Shown here in pieces: positions 34,777 through 45,306 of a stretch of 64,000 nt of DNA. The DNA lies in assembly GCA_041671645.1 (NCBI GenBank), contig JBAZBD010000001.1, forward strand, positions 265,357 through 329,356, read 5' to 3'. The DNA comes from Patescibacteria group bacterium. Lineage in GTDB: Bacteria; Patescibacteriota; UBA1384; XYA2-FULL-43-10; 1-14-0-10-43-13. A program made the position numbers and the translations under genes. How positions within the stretch are numbered: position 1 is the first letter of the stretch; each line of letters opens with the position of its first letter. Below the pieces are notes generated by a model that saw nothing but the letters and a program-made list of their open reading frames with translations, had not been told where the DNA came from and made no database searches.

Positions 34777-36150
34777 ATGCCACAAGATTTGGGTGCGACC
34801 GAAAAAGAGCTTATCGAAAATAGAAAAAGCAAGATCTCTGATCTTATCAAGTTGGGAGTAGATCCATTCCCTTCCGAAACCGGAAGAAACACCACTGCCG
34901 CCGAGATTATTGACCAGCAGGATACATTGATCAAATCAGAAAAAGAAGTGACTGCGGCTGGCCGTATTATGGCTCGTAGGGGGCATGGCAAGCTTTGCTT
35001 CGTTGATTTAGTTGACGAGTCGGGCAAAATCCAGGCGGTGCTTCGAGCGGACTTCCTACCAGAAAAAGATTTGGAAGTTGTCGCTCTGCTCGATGCTGGC
35101 GACTTTCTAGAGGTTACTGGCAAAGTTTTCGTGACCAAAGCAGGGGAGCTTTCGATCGAAGCTCATGCGGCCAAGATTTTGACCAAGTCAATCCGTCCGC
35201 TTCCCGAGCAGTGGTTTGGCCTGAAAGACGTCGAGACGAGATACCGAGAGCGTTATGTCGATCTGATTGTCAACTCAGAAGTCAAAGAGAAGTTTTATAT
35301 TCGGTCCAAAGTCATCCAATCATTACGCGAATTCCTTATTGGCCAGGGCTTTATGGAAGTAGATACGCCTGTTCTCCAACCAATTCCTGGCGGAGCCTCA
35401 GCAAAGCCATTTCAGACCCATTACAACGCCTATGAGACGGATGTATTTCTGCGGATTGCACCAGAGCTATATTTGAAGAGATTGGTCGTCGGAGGATTTG
35501 AAAAAGTTTTCGAATTCGCCCGAAGCTTTCGCAATGAAGGTGTTGATGCGACTCACAACCCTGAGTTTACAAATCTCGAATTCTATTGGGCCTATGCTGA
35601 TTATGAGAAATTGATGAATCTGACTGAAGAGATGATCCGTTCTGTTGTTAAATCAATCAATGGCGGAAAGCTTGAGATGGAGCTCGATGGCAAGCAGATT
35701 GATTTTGGCCAAAAATTCACAAGAGTTACATTTGACGAGTTAACCCACGGGCAGAATACTGACGCTGCATTTAAGGAAGGCGTAGCTAAGATTGTGGCTC
35801 CAACATTTGTGACCAACCATCCGACTGAGCTTATTCCGTTGGCCAAGAGAAACGCCAAGAATCCAGAGGTTGTCGACACTTTCCAGCTTGTTATAAATGG
35901 CTTGGAGATGGCCAAAGCTTTCTCGGAGCTGAACGACCCTGTTGACCAAAGAAACAGATTTGAGGCGCAGATGAAACTTCGCGAGAAGGGCGACCAGGAA
36001 GCTCAGCTGATTGACGAGGATTTCCTAAAGGCGATAGAATATGGCATGCCACCGACGGCTGGGTTCGGTATCGGGGTAGACCGCTTCGTCAGATTGCTCA
36101 CAAATTCGAAAACCTTGAGAGAGATATTATTCTTCCCATTCATGAAATAA
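34777..36150 (+). CDS. lysS: Lysine--tRNA ligase (class II)
   Basis: RYRERYVDL, LRIAPELYLKRL, FRNEG, HNPEFT, YGMPPTAGFGIGVDR. Confidence 0.97.
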   Translation: MPQDLGATEKELIENRKSKISDLIKLGVDPFPSETGRNTTAAEIIDQQDTLIKSEKEVTAAGRIMARRGHGKLCFVDLVDESGKIQAVLRADFLPEKDLEVVALLDAGDFLEVTGKVFVTKAGELSIEAHAAKILTKSIRPLPEQWFGLKDVETRYRERYVDLIVNSEVKEKFYIRSKVIQSLREFLIGQGFMEVDTPVLQPIPGGASAKPFQTHYNAYETDVFLRIAPELYLKRLVVGGFEKVFEFARSFRNEGVDATHNPEFTNLEFYWAYADYEKLMNLTEEMIRSVVKSINGGKLEMELDGKQIDFGQKFTRVTFDELTHGQNTDAAFKEGVAKIVAPTFVTNHPTELIPLAKRNAKNPEVVDTFQLVINGLEMAKAFSELNDPVDQRNRFEAQMKLREKGDQEAQLIDEDFLKAIEYGMPPTAGFGIGVDRFVRLLTNSKTLREILFFPFMK

Positions 36151-36165
36151 AAACATTGGAGATGT

Positions 36166-37422
36166 ATGCTGGATATTAAGTTAATTCGCGAAAACCCAGA
36201 AGAAATTAAGAAAGCTATTGCTCGCAAAGGATCGGAGCCAGCTCTAATTGACGATGCACTCGATCTGGACAAACGTCGCCGAGATTTGACGGTCAAAATC
36301 GAAGATCTCCAAAGCAAATTGAATAAACTTTCCAAGGACGTAGTTTCACTTCACGGCCAGCAGAAGATCGATATTATCAACGAGGCCAGCACGGTCTCAG
36401 AGAAGATCAAACAATTGAAGCCGGAACTGGATAAGACCAATATCGAATATCGAAATATCATGATGGAGCTTCCCAACCCGCCTGCTAAAGAGGTGATTGA
36501 TGGAGAGTCCGACAAGGATAATACTGTCAACCGCAAATGGGGAGAGCCAACCAAGTTCGATTACAAAGTCCAAGATAATGTTGAAATCGGTTTGAACCTT
36601 GATCTTATAGATACCGAAAGAGCTGGCAAAGTGGCAGGCTCTAGGTTCTATTATCTGAAGCGCGAAATGGTCGTCTTGGAGATGGCGTTGTTCCATTATG
36701 CTCTCGATACATTGATGGCCGAGGGATTCATCCCGATGATACCTCCCGTCATGCTCAACAAGGCCTCAATGGAGGGCGCTGGATACTTGCCGCAGGGCGC
36801 GGACGAGATCTACAAAACACAAGATGACTTGTATCTGGTTGGCACAGCTGAGCAGCCGCTGGCGGCCTATCACTCAAACGAAGTCTTGGCCGAGAAGGAA
36901 TTGCCGCTTCGATACGCGGGCATCTCTACTTGTTTTCGTCGTGAAGCGGGAAGCCATGGCAAGGATGTTCGTGGGATTCTGCGAGGTCACCAATTCAACA
37001 AAATTGAGATGTTTTCCTTCACCAAGCCAGAGGATTCTGCCAAGGAGCATGATTTTCTAGTATCACTAGAAGAAAAAATAATGCAGGGGCTAGAACTTCC
37101 ATATCAAGTGGTCAATATTTGTGCCGGCGACCTGGGCGCTCCAGCGTCGAAGAAATTTGATCTTGAAGTTTGGATGCCAGGGGAGGAGGCCTATCGTGAG
37201 ACGCACTCTTGTTCCAATTGCACCGATTTCCAAGCTCGACGTTTGAATATCCGTTACAAGACCAAGGCGGGCAAGACTGAATTCGTTCACACTTTGAACG
37301 GTACTGCCTTTTCTGAGAGACCATTGATCGCAATTCTGGAAAATTATCAAGAGAAGGACGGTTCGATTAGAGTTCCCAAGGTGCTCCAAAAATATTGTGG
37401 ATTTGATGTAATTAAAAGATAG
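36166..37422 (+). CDS. serS: Serine--tRNA ligase
   Basis: MLDIKLIRENPE, GTAEQP, CFRREAG, SNCTDFQARRL, HTLNGT. Confidence 0.97.
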   Translation: MLDIKLIRENPEEIKKAIARKGSEPALIDDALDLDKRRRDLTVKIEDLQSKLNKLSKDVVSLHGQQKIDIINEASTVSEKIKQLKPELDKTNIEYRNIMMELPNPPAKEVIDGESDKDNTVNRKWGEPTKFDYKVQDNVEIGLNLDLIDTERAGKVAGSRFYYLKREMVVLEMALFHYALDTLMAEGFIPMIPPVMLNKASMEGAGYLPQGADEIYKTQDDLYLVGTAEQPLAAYHSNEVLAEKELPLRYAGISTCFRREAGSHGKDVRGILRGHQFNKIEMFSFTKPEDSAKEHDFLVSLEEKIMQGLELPYQVVNICAGDLGAPASKKFDLEVWMPGEEAYRETHSCSNCTDFQARRLNIRYKTKAGKTEFVHTLNGTAFSERPLIAILENYQEKDGSIRVPKVLQKYCGFDVIKR

Positions 37423-37432
37423 GAGGAGGCTT

Positions 37433-37798
37433 ATGAAGGTTGAGTTTCACATCAAGGAGATCGTAATCACGGCCAAACAAAAGTCGTTGATCGAAAAGAA
37501 AATTTTAAAGTTGAAGAGATATATTAAGGACGAGCCACTCGTCGTCGACGTTTATCTGCGAGACGAGACTAGCGCCGAAAAGGGTGGAGTAGATCAGTCG
37601 GTTGAATTGTCAGCTACATTTGGGACTGAGAAAATGTTTGTCAAAGAGATCGATGATCGTCTGATGAGAGCATTTGCCTTTGCATACAAGAAGCTAGAGA
37701 GAAATTTACAAGAATTTCATCGCAAAAGAGTCGACTTCAGCCAGGGTAAAGAGGGCCGCATCAACAAGCTTCTCAAAAGGTTTGGACTAAGAAGATAA
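37433..37798 (+). CDS. Ribosome hibernation factor HPF/RaiA-like
   Basis: IEKKILKLKRY, KLERNL; size and position near secA. Confidence 0.75.
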   Translation: MKVEFHIKEIVITAKQKSLIEKKILKLKRYIKDEPLVVDVYLRDETSAEKGGVDQSVELSATFGTEKMFVKEIDDRLMRAFAFAYKKLERNLQEFHRKRVDFSQGKEGRINKLLKRFGLRR

Positions 37799-38011
37799 AT
37801 TTGGACTCAGAGCAAAATTTCGCAGGTGGACACACTTGCGTTATTTTGTGTTTGTGGTATGGTTTACACGTTTTCGAACCTTGAAATTACATCCTTTGGG
37901 CTTAATTGTTTATCTTTTCGTAGGTAATCAGCTAAGCCCAAAGGGCTACTTATCCTCATAGTGAGGAATAAGAGTGGTCGTGGCGGACGTAAAAACGCTA
38001 AAGGGAATGCC

Positions 38012-39001
38012 ATGAAAAAAGAGGCATCTTTTAAACAAGGGAAGCACCTAATGGGATTGCTCCCTGAAGATGGAGACCAACTCCAGGCGCTCGCAGAAAA
38101 CTGGGATTTGGTCAATATGCTGATGAGTGTATCGGACCCTAAGCTGATTGATCGGAATGCGCTCCGCGCCTTTCTGACCAAATCCAAGCAAACTGTCAAT
38201 CCGCATGCTGATCAGATCGAAAAATCGACGTGGGATTATCCGTCGAACTTCGAGATGAAGGACTGGAAAACACAGTTCAATATCCTGAACGACATCTACC
38301 CCGGCTTCAACGCCGACGGATTGCAAGAGATGGCTGAAGGTTGGCTTGCCGACAAAGCGATTTGGGAAGAAACCTATGATTGCTGGATCCATGATGCCAA
38401 GAAGCCTCTCTACGATGGGCTGCTCGTTTTTCTACTTCCTGGTCGTGTTGCCAAAGCCAGGTTGAGCTCAGATCTGTGGTCTGATATCAAGAAAGGCCGC
38501 GAAGGTGAGGGCGTCTGGGGTCAACTCTGCGAAGAGATGCTTTTCCCACATTTCGCCGAAAATGATCGCTACAATGGTTTTGTAAATTGGCGCGAGGGCA
38601 AGATGGGTTCGGATCATTTCCATCCAACTGTTCCCGTTGCCATTTGGCTCGAACAACTGGAAGCTCAGGCCAAAGGAGACTTTGTCTGTCGTCCATACAG
38701 TTTTGGCCGAGCTACGGCAGGACACTCAGTCCAAAGCAGTCGCTGGCATATCGAGAATATTCACAATGGCATTTCTGGTCCGACTTGGATTAATGGCCAA
38801 GCGCTCCAGACTCATCCGGAACGTCTGCCTAATGCTAGCTGTCTCTGGATGAACAATGGCGGTGACCAATACCGTTTGGCGGACGGTCTCAGGTTCCTGG
38901 ACACTCCTTACTTCTGCCGCAGTGACGACGGGCTCGCCTTTGGCACGAGCGATATCTTTGTCACCCATGACAAGTATGGTTTTGGCTTCGTCCGCAGGTA
39001 G
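38012..39001 (+). CDS. Hypothetical protein with a probable C-type-lectin-fold C-terminus (DGR target-like)
   Basis: THPERL..LW..GGD.Y...PYF...GFGFVRR C-terminus; NNY-biased 3' codons; hairpin downstream. Confidence 0.65.
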   Translation: MKKEASFKQGKHLMGLLPEDGDQLQALAENWDLVNMLMSVSDPKLIDRNALRAFLTKSKQTVNPHADQIEKSTWDYPSNFEMKDWKTQFNILNDIYPGFNADGLQEMAEGWLADKAIWEETYDCWIHDAKKPLYDGLLVFLLPGRVAKARLSSDLWSDIKKGREGEGVWGQLCEEMLFPHFAENDRYNGFVNWREGKMGSDHFHPTVPVAIWLEQLEAQAKGDFVCRPYSFGRATAGHSVQSSRWHIENIHNGISGPTWINGQALQTHPERLPNASCLWMNNGGDQYRLADGLRFLDTPYFCRSDDGLAFGTSDIFVTHDKYGFGFVRR

Positions 39002-39026
39002 TTCTCTCCCTGTAATATCTTTTCCG

Positions 39027-39058
39027 GGCCTCGTCATAGACGAGGCCTATTTTATTTT
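39027..39058 (+). terminator. Hairpin/terminator
   Basis: GGCCTCGTC-ata-GACGAGGCC then TATTTTATTTT. Confidence 0.75.
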
Positions 39059-39154
39059 CATCTTCTTGGTTGAACTAAAATGAGCTTAATGATAGTATAA
39101 GACTGGTTCGCACTAGTAAATTTTCAGTTTTTAATTATCAATTTCAAAACATCC

Positions 39155-41887
39155 ATGAGTTTTCTCGACAAAATTTACAATCCAAGCAAGAAGGTCATAT
39201 CTCAACTCCAAAGGCAGGTTGATGAGATTAATGAACTCGAAAAAGTGATCTCGAAATTGACAGATGCGGAGTTGAAGGCAAAAACGGTCGATTTTCGCAA
39301 GAAAATCGAGGAACGTGGGGCAGAGAACGAGGAGCAAGTTATCGGAGAAACCACGGCCGAAGCCTTTGCCGTGCTCCGCGAAGCGATGAAGCGAGTTTGG
39401 GGGGAGCGCCACTTCGACGTTCAGTTGATTGGTGGACTTGTACTTCATCAGGGTAAAATTGCTGAGATGAAGACTGGCGAGGGCAAGACGATCGTGGCGA
39501 CTCTGCCATTATATTTAAATGCGTTGGCCGGTCGAGGTGCTCATTTGGTCACGGTCAATGATTATCTTTCCAAGCATCAGGGCGAGGGAATGGGCGAGGT
39601 TTTCGCTTTTCTTGGCCTCACGACTGGTATCATCCAGAGCAATCAGGAAACTTATCGATTTGCCAAGAAACAAGATTACAAGCACTATTCCGAGTGTGAA
39701 GGTCTCAATCTCGAGCCGTGTTCGAGGAAGGAAGCTTACGCTTGCGATATTACTTATGGCACGAACAATGAATTTGGTTTTGATTATCTTCGTGACAATA
39801 TGGCGCCCGATATCATGTCTTGCGCTCAGCGAGAATTGCACTTTGCGATCGTGGACGAGGTAGACTCGATTTTGATCGATGAGGCTCGTACTCCGCTCAT
39901 TATTTCGGCTCCAGCGGAGGAATCTGCCAGTTTATACCAACAATTTGCCTCTCTGGTCCCACGTCTCAAAGAGACAGAGGATTATATTATCGATGAAAAG
40001 GAGCGGACCGTCACTCTGACCGACAAGGGTATTGCCGAGATGGAGAAGATGCTTCATATCAAGAATATCTATGAGGCAGGCGGTATCACTCTGGTTCATC
40101 ATCTCGAGCAAGCCCTGAAGGCTTGGGCGCTGTTCAAGAAGGACAAAGATTACGTCGTTCGAGAGGGTGAAATTTTGATCGTTGACGAGTTTACCGGTCG
40201 TTTGATGGTCGGCCGACGCTATTCTGAGGGTTTGCATCAGGCGATTGAGGCCAAGGAAAATGTCGAAGTCAAAAGCGAATCTCAAACTTTGGCTACAATT
40301 TCTTTCCAAAACTTATTTCGAATTTATCACAAACTCTCTGGTATGACAGGAACGGCTGCGACTGAAGCTGAAGAGTTCTACAAAATATACAAATTGGACG
40401 TTGTCGAGATCCCGACCAACAAAAATGTGGTGAGGAAAGATTCGCCCGATCGGATTTACAAGAGTGAAGACGCCAAGATAGACGCAATCGTAGCCGAGGT
40501 GAAGGAGCGAAGCGCTATGGGCCAGCCAATCTTGATCGGTACTGTCTCGGTCCAGAAAAACGAGCTTATTTCGAGCAAATTGAAAAAAGCAGGGGTCAAG
40601 CACGAAGTTTTGAACGCTAAGCATCATGATCGTGAGGCCAAGATTATTGTTCGCGCAGGGCAAAAAGGGGCCGTTACCGTAGCCACCAATATGGCTGGCC
40701 GCGGTACTGATATTAAGCTTGGCGAGGGTGTTCGTGAAGTTGGTGGATTGCACGTCTTGGGTACGGAGAGACATGAAGCCAGAAGAATCGACAATCAGCT
40801 TCGTGGTCGCGCCGGTCGCCAGGGCGATCCTGGTTCTTCTCAATTTTTTGTCTCGATGGATGATGATTTGATGAGAATATTTGGTGGTGAGAAGCTCAAG
40901 TCCCTGATGAATTCTCTCGGTCTTCCTGATGATGTTCCTGTTGAGAACAAGATGATTTCTCGTTCGATCGAATCAGCACAACGCAGAGTTGAAGGATTCA
41001 ATTTCGACAGTCGCAAGCATTTGGTCGAATACGACGACGTGATGAACAAACATCGCGAGGTTATTTATCGAAAACGACGTAAGATTTTGGATACTTACGC
41101 TTCTGACCGCACTTCCACCATGCTGAAAGAGGAGATTCTGGAGATTATAAATTCTGAGATAGAGAGAATTTTCGCTCAATATTTTGAGGAAAAAGAATCA
41201 ATCGGCAACGAACTCAAGGCAATATTCGGAGACGTCAAATTGCCAGACCTTGAAGCCGATAAGATCAAAGAATTCGCCAAAAACTTATACGATGAACGTG
41301 AGAAGTCATACGGCCTCGAGGTGATGAGAGATATCGAGCGAGTGATCTCACTTCGGACCATCGATATGCTTTGGATTGAGCATTTGACCACCATGGACGA
41401 ATTGCGCACCGGCATCGGACTTCGCGGTTACGGCCAGCGTGATCCACTTGTTGAGTACAAACATGACGCTTACCAATTCTTCGATGGGCTACTATCAAAC
41501 ATCGATGGCTCCATAGCCAAGACAATATACAAGGTTGAGGTATCGAAGGCTCAAGAAAATCCAGCTCCGAAGCCAATGTCTTTCCAGGGACCTGACGAAT
41601 CTTCTATCGGAAGTTTTGAGGCCGAGGAAACCTCCGAAGCCAGAGCGAAAATTTTGGAGGCGGAGAGACAAGATAATGTTGTTGCTCAAAAGATGATGGC
41701 AGACCAGGCAAGCTGCTCTTCTAGCGTTGCGAGCGTAATGGGCAAAAGCAAATCAGTCTTCGATCGTATGAAAGAAAATTCGACCAACGGTCCTGCTTCA
41801 CAGGTAAGGACTGGAGCCAAAGTCGGTCGCAATGATCTTTGCCCATGTGGTAGCGGGAAAAAATACAAAAAGTGTTGCGGAAAATAA
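39155..41887 (+). CDS. secA: Preprotein translocase SecA
   Basis: EMKTGEGKT, DEVDSILIDEARTPLIIS, ATNMAGRGTDI, GRQGDPG, SEC-C motif CPCGSGKKYKKCCG. Confidence 0.98.
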   Translation: MSFLDKIYNPSKKVISQLQRQVDEINELEKVISKLTDAELKAKTVDFRKKIEERGAENEEQVIGETTAEAFAVLREAMKRVWGERHFDVQLIGGLVLHQGKIAEMKTGEGKTIVATLPLYLNALAGRGAHLVTVNDYLSKHQGEGMGEVFAFLGLTTGIIQSNQETYRFAKKQDYKHYSECEGLNLEPCSRKEAYACDITYGTNNEFGFDYLRDNMAPDIMSCAQRELHFAIVDEVDSILIDEARTPLIISAPAEESASLYQQFASLVPRLKETEDYIIDEKERTVTLTDKGIAEMEKMLHIKNIYEAGGITLVHHLEQALKAWALFKKDKDYVVREGEILIVDEFTGRLMVGRRYSEGLHQAIEAKENVEVKSESQTLATISFQNLFRIYHKLSGMTGTAATEAEEFYKIYKLDVVEIPTNKNVVRKDSPDRIYKSEDAKIDAIVAEVKERSAMGQPILIGTVSVQKNELISSKLKKAGVKHEVLNAKHHDREAKIIVRAGQKGAVTVATNMAGRGTDIKLGEGVREVGGLHVLGTERHEARRIDNQLRGRAGRQGDPGSSQFFVSMDDDLMRIFGGEKLKSLMNSLGLPDDVPVENKMISRSIESAQRRVEGFNFDSRKHLVEYDDVMNKHREVIYRKRRKILDTYASDRTSTMLKEEILEIINSEIERIFAQYFEEKESIGNELKAIFGDVKLPDLEADKIKEFAKNLYDEREKSYGLEVMRDIERVISLRTIDMLWIEHLTTMDELRTGIGLRGYGQRDPLVEYKHDAYQFFDGLLSNIDGSIAKTIYKVEVSKAQENPAPKPMSFQGPDESSIGSFEAEETSEARAKILEAERQDNVVAQKMMADQASCSSSVASVMGKSKSVFDRMKENSTNGPASQVRTGAKVGRNDLCPCGSGKKYKKCCGK

Positions 41888-41957
41888 TTTGTTCTCTTCC
41901 GACATATAGCTCTGACTGCTATAATGGGAGTAACTAAAAGTGCGTTGGAGGGGACGG

Positions 41958-43526
41958 ATGTCGCAAAATAAAGTGCTTCTTATGATATTGGACGGTTGGG
42001 GACTTTCACCTGAGAAAAAGGGAAATGCCCCTCTTTTGGCGAAGACCCCGACTCTAGATTATGTCTATTCTAGTTATCCCAAGACATCGTTGACCGCTTC
42101 TGGTATGGAAGTTGGCTTGAGCCCAGGAGAGCCAGGAAACTCTGAAGTCGGTCATGCCAATATTGGCTTGGGCCGAGTTGTCTGGGAAAATTTGCCCCGA
42201 ATCGATCAGGATATCGCTCAGGGACGCTTTTTCGAAAACAAGATTCTCAATGATCTCTATGATAATGTGATCAAGAATAATTCAACTTTGCACCTAATCG
42301 GGCTTGTCTCTGACGGCGGAGTGCATTCCCATATTCGTCATCTTATAAGCCTGCTCGAGCTTGCGGCCAAGAAAAAGATCAAGAATGTTTGTGTCCACAT
42401 GATCAGTGATGGCCGAGATACAGCGCCGAAGAATGCGCTTGAATATGTCAAACAACTGGACGCTGCCTTCGAATATTTCAAGATTGGCAAGATCGCCACT
42501 ATCATCGGACGATACTCTGCCATGGACCGTGACAAAAACTGGAATAGACAGATCAAGGCTTTCGATCTCTTTGTTGATAATATTGGCGATGCTTATGCCA
42601 CAGCGGAAGAAGCGATCAACGCAAATTACAAAAATGGCAAAAGCGATGAGTTCCTCGAGGCCTGTGTGATCGGTGAGGGTGGGAAGATTGGCCCCAAGGA
42701 TAGCGTTGTCCTTTTCAACCATAGAAGCGATCGGATGAGGCAAACCTTGGAGCTTTTCACCGGGGTCAAAAAGACCAAGAATTTGCCCAGGGGGGTCAAA
42801 ATTGTCTCAATGACGGAGTATGACAAGACGCAGAAAGCACCTCCAATATTTCCGCCGATAAATCTCGAAAATACTCTTTCGGATCTGATTTCGAAGAAGG
42901 GCATGACTCAGCTTCATACCGCCGAGACAGAGAAATTTGCCCATGTTACATATTTTTTCAAAGCGGGAAATGAGAAGGTTCTCCGGGGCGAAAAAGACGA
43001 AATTGTGCCCTCTAAGAAAGTTTCTTCCTATGATAAATTACCGGTAATGTCGGTGGCAGAAGTGACCAAGAAGGTAGAGACAGGGCTCGACAAGGAGTTT
43101 AATTTTATCGTTGTCAATTATGCCAACGGCGATATGGTCGGCCATACCGGGGTGTTGGAGGCGGCCGTCAAGGCTTGCGAGGCAGTCGACGCCGTTTTGC
43201 TCGAAGTTTTGGCCAAGGCGTCAGAAAAAGGCTACAAAGTCTTCATCACTGCTGATCATGGAAATTGCGAGAAAATGATTAGCGAGAAGGGCGAACCGGA
43301 CAAAGAACACACGATCAATCCAGTCCCATTTGTCTTCCTTGATTTCTCGAAGAAACCCTTTGTCTTCGATCCGAGTGTTAAATATAGCGAAGAAGATTAT
43401 CTCCAATACGCCTCATCGACCCCGATTGGTGTTCTGGCTGATATTGCTCCCTCCATCCTTGCAAATCTGAAAATTGGGCAAGCCAAGGAAATGTCGGGGA
43501 TGGATTTAAGCATCGCCATGATATAG
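41958..43526 (+). CDS. gpmI: 2,3-BPG-independent phosphoglycerate mutase
   Basis: ILDGWG, GNSEVGH, SDGGVHSH, DGRDT, DMVGHTG, TADHGN. Confidence 0.96.
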   Translation: MSQNKVLLMILDGWGLSPEKKGNAPLLAKTPTLDYVYSSYPKTSLTASGMEVGLSPGEPGNSEVGHANIGLGRVVWENLPRIDQDIAQGRFFENKILNDLYDNVIKNNSTLHLIGLVSDGGVHSHIRHLISLLELAAKKKIKNVCVHMISDGRDTAPKNALEYVKQLDAAFEYFKIGKIATIIGRYSAMDRDKNWNRQIKAFDLFVDNIGDAYATAEEAINANYKNGKSDEFLEACVIGEGGKIGPKDSVVLFNHRSDRMRQTLELFTGVKKTKNLPRGVKIVSMTEYDKTQKAPPIFPPINLENTLSDLISKKGMTQLHTAETEKFAHVTYFFKAGNEKVLRGEKDEIVPSKKVSSYDKLPVMSVAEVTKKVETGLDKEFNFIVVNYANGDMVGHTGVLEAAVKACEAVDAVLLEVLAKASEKGYKVFITADHGNCEKMISEKGEPDKEHTINPVPFVFLDFSKKPFVFDPSVKYSEEDYLQYASSTPIGVLADIAPSILANLKIGQAKEMSGMDLSIAMI

Positions 43527-43565
43527 AATATAGAAGTAAGTTCATTTATTATTTTAGGGAACTTA

Positions 43566-44393
43566 ATGATTTCTGATCTCATAAAAACAAAAACCAAAGA
43601 CCTGCCCGCAGATGCTAAAGCACAGCTTTTGCAGGCGGGTGAACCCCCAGAATCGAAAGAAGAAGCCAAGAAAGAGGCCAAGGCCACATCAGATGACCAT
43701 GGTGGTGATATTGTTATTGAATTTGACGAAGTATCAAAGGTTTATCCGGGCAAAGTCGAGGCCTTGATCGATGTTAGTTTCAATGTCAAAATCGGTGAAT
43801 TTATTTCTCTCGTAGGTCCATCTGGCGCTGGCAAATCGACCATCATCAAGTTGCTCACTCGCGAAGAGGAGCCTACATCAGGCAAAATCTTGGTCGCTGG
43901 CCGTGACATATCGAAGCTCTCTAAGAAGGAATTACCATTTTTCCGACGCAAAGTCGGCGTTATTTTTCAGGACTTCAAACTGCTTCCAAAGAAGAGAGTA
44001 TACGAAAACATCGCTTATGCTCTTGAGGTTTGTGACGCGACCAACGAAGAAATTGAGGATAAGGTGCCCAAGATTATTGAGCTGGTCGGCCTGACTCAGC
44101 GCGCTTTTGCCTTTTCGGAGGAGCTTTCTGGCGGAGAGAAACAGAGAGTTTCGATCGCTCGGGCCTTGGTCCACAATCCGAAACTTTTGATTGCCGATGA
44201 ACCTACTGGAAATCTGGATCCAGTTTCGACATGGGAAATTATCGAATTGCTTTTCAAGATCAACAAGCAGGGGACGATCGTTCTGCTAGCAACACATGAC
44301 AAGGAAGTTGTCGATTCGCTAGAGAAGCGGGTGATTTCGATCAGAGACGGCAAGATTTTCTCAGATCAGGAGAAAGGAAAGTACAACTTATAA
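43566..44393 (+). CDS. ftsE: Cell division ATP-binding protein FtsE
   Basis: GPSGAGKST, FQDFKLL, LSGGEKQR, ADEPTGNLD. Confidence 0.93.
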   Translation: MISDLIKTKTKDLPADAKAQLLQAGEPPESKEEAKKEAKATSDDHGGDIVIEFDEVSKVYPGKVEALIDVSFNVKIGEFISLVGPSGAGKSTIIKLLTREEEPTSGKILVAGRDISKLSKKELPFFRRKVGVIFQDFKLLPKKRVYENIAYALEVCDATNEEIEDKVPKIIELVGLTQRAFAFSEELSGGEKQRVSIARALVHNPKLLIADEPTGNLDPVSTWEIIELLFKINKQGTIVLLATHDKEVVDSLEKRVISIRDGKIFSDQEKGKYNL

Positions 44394-44394
44394 T

Positions 44395-45306
44395 ATGATG
44401 TATTTTACTTCAATTTATCGGATCCTTCGAACCTCGGCAGTTTCGCTTTGGCGAAACCGTTGGCTTTCGCTTGGGGCAGTCCTAATCATGGTGATGACGC
44501 TATTTTCGATCTCGTTTTTCACTACCCTTCTTGTTGTGAGCGGCAAGATGACAGTATTGCTTCGAGAAAAGGTAGATATCGCTGTTTATTTCAATGATGA
44601 CGCCTCCAAGGACCAGGTTTATTCAATCCAAAACACTTTGCTCGGCCGTGATGACATCAAATCAGTTGACTATATTTCCAAGGAAAAGGCCCTGGAGAGA
44701 TGGCAGGAGCGCAATAAGAGCAACGAAAATGTGAAAAATATTATTACCGCTGATTATAATCCCTTGCCACGAAGTTTGGAGATCAAAACAGACAAAACAG
44801 AGGATCTGGAGAAAGTTTATGATTTTGTAAATTCTGCTGAGTTTAAGCCTCTGATCAAGGAGATCAGCTACCAGAAAAACAAGGTTTTGATCAACAGATT
44901 GATCAAGGCGACCACCTTTATCAAATATATCGGTTGGGCCGAATCAAGCATATTCATCCTGATTTCGATCCTAATTATTTATAATACAATTCGGTTGACG
45001 ATCTACGCTCGGTCGCAGGAAATTGAGATTATGAAATTGGTTGGCGCCTCTGATTGGTATGTCCAGGGTCCTTTCATCGTCGAGGGCATCGCCTATGGTC
45101 TGGTCGCTTCAATAATCTCCACTTTGATCCTCTGGGTTATTTACCATTTTTCCCTTCCTTCAGTCGAGGGATATCTCGGCGTTACCTTGGCCAGCTCGAT
45201 CTACAGCGGAGTCAACATCGGTATGATTTTCCTATTCCAAATTATTATCGGTCTAGCTTTGGGCACGGGTTGCTCCATGCTGGCGGTCAAAAAATACCTT
45301 AAATGA
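44395..45306 (+). CDS. ftsX: Cell division permease FtsX
   Basis: NPLP, NTIRLTIYARSQEIEIMKLVGAS. Confidence 0.93.
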   Translation: MMYFTSIYRILRTSAVSLWRNRWLSLGAVLIMVMTLFSISFFTTLLVVSGKMTVLLREKVDIAVYFNDDASKDQVYSIQNTLLGRDDIKSVDYISKEKALERWQERNKSNENVKNIITADYNPLPRSLEIKTDKTEDLEKVYDFVNSAEFKPLIKEISYQKNKVLINRLIKATTFIKYIGWAESSIFILISILIIYNTIRLTIYARSQEIEIMKLVGASDWYVQGPFIVEGIAYGLVASIISTLILWVIYHFSLPSVEGYLGVTLASSIYSGVNIGMIFLFQIIIGLALGTGCSMLAVKKYLK

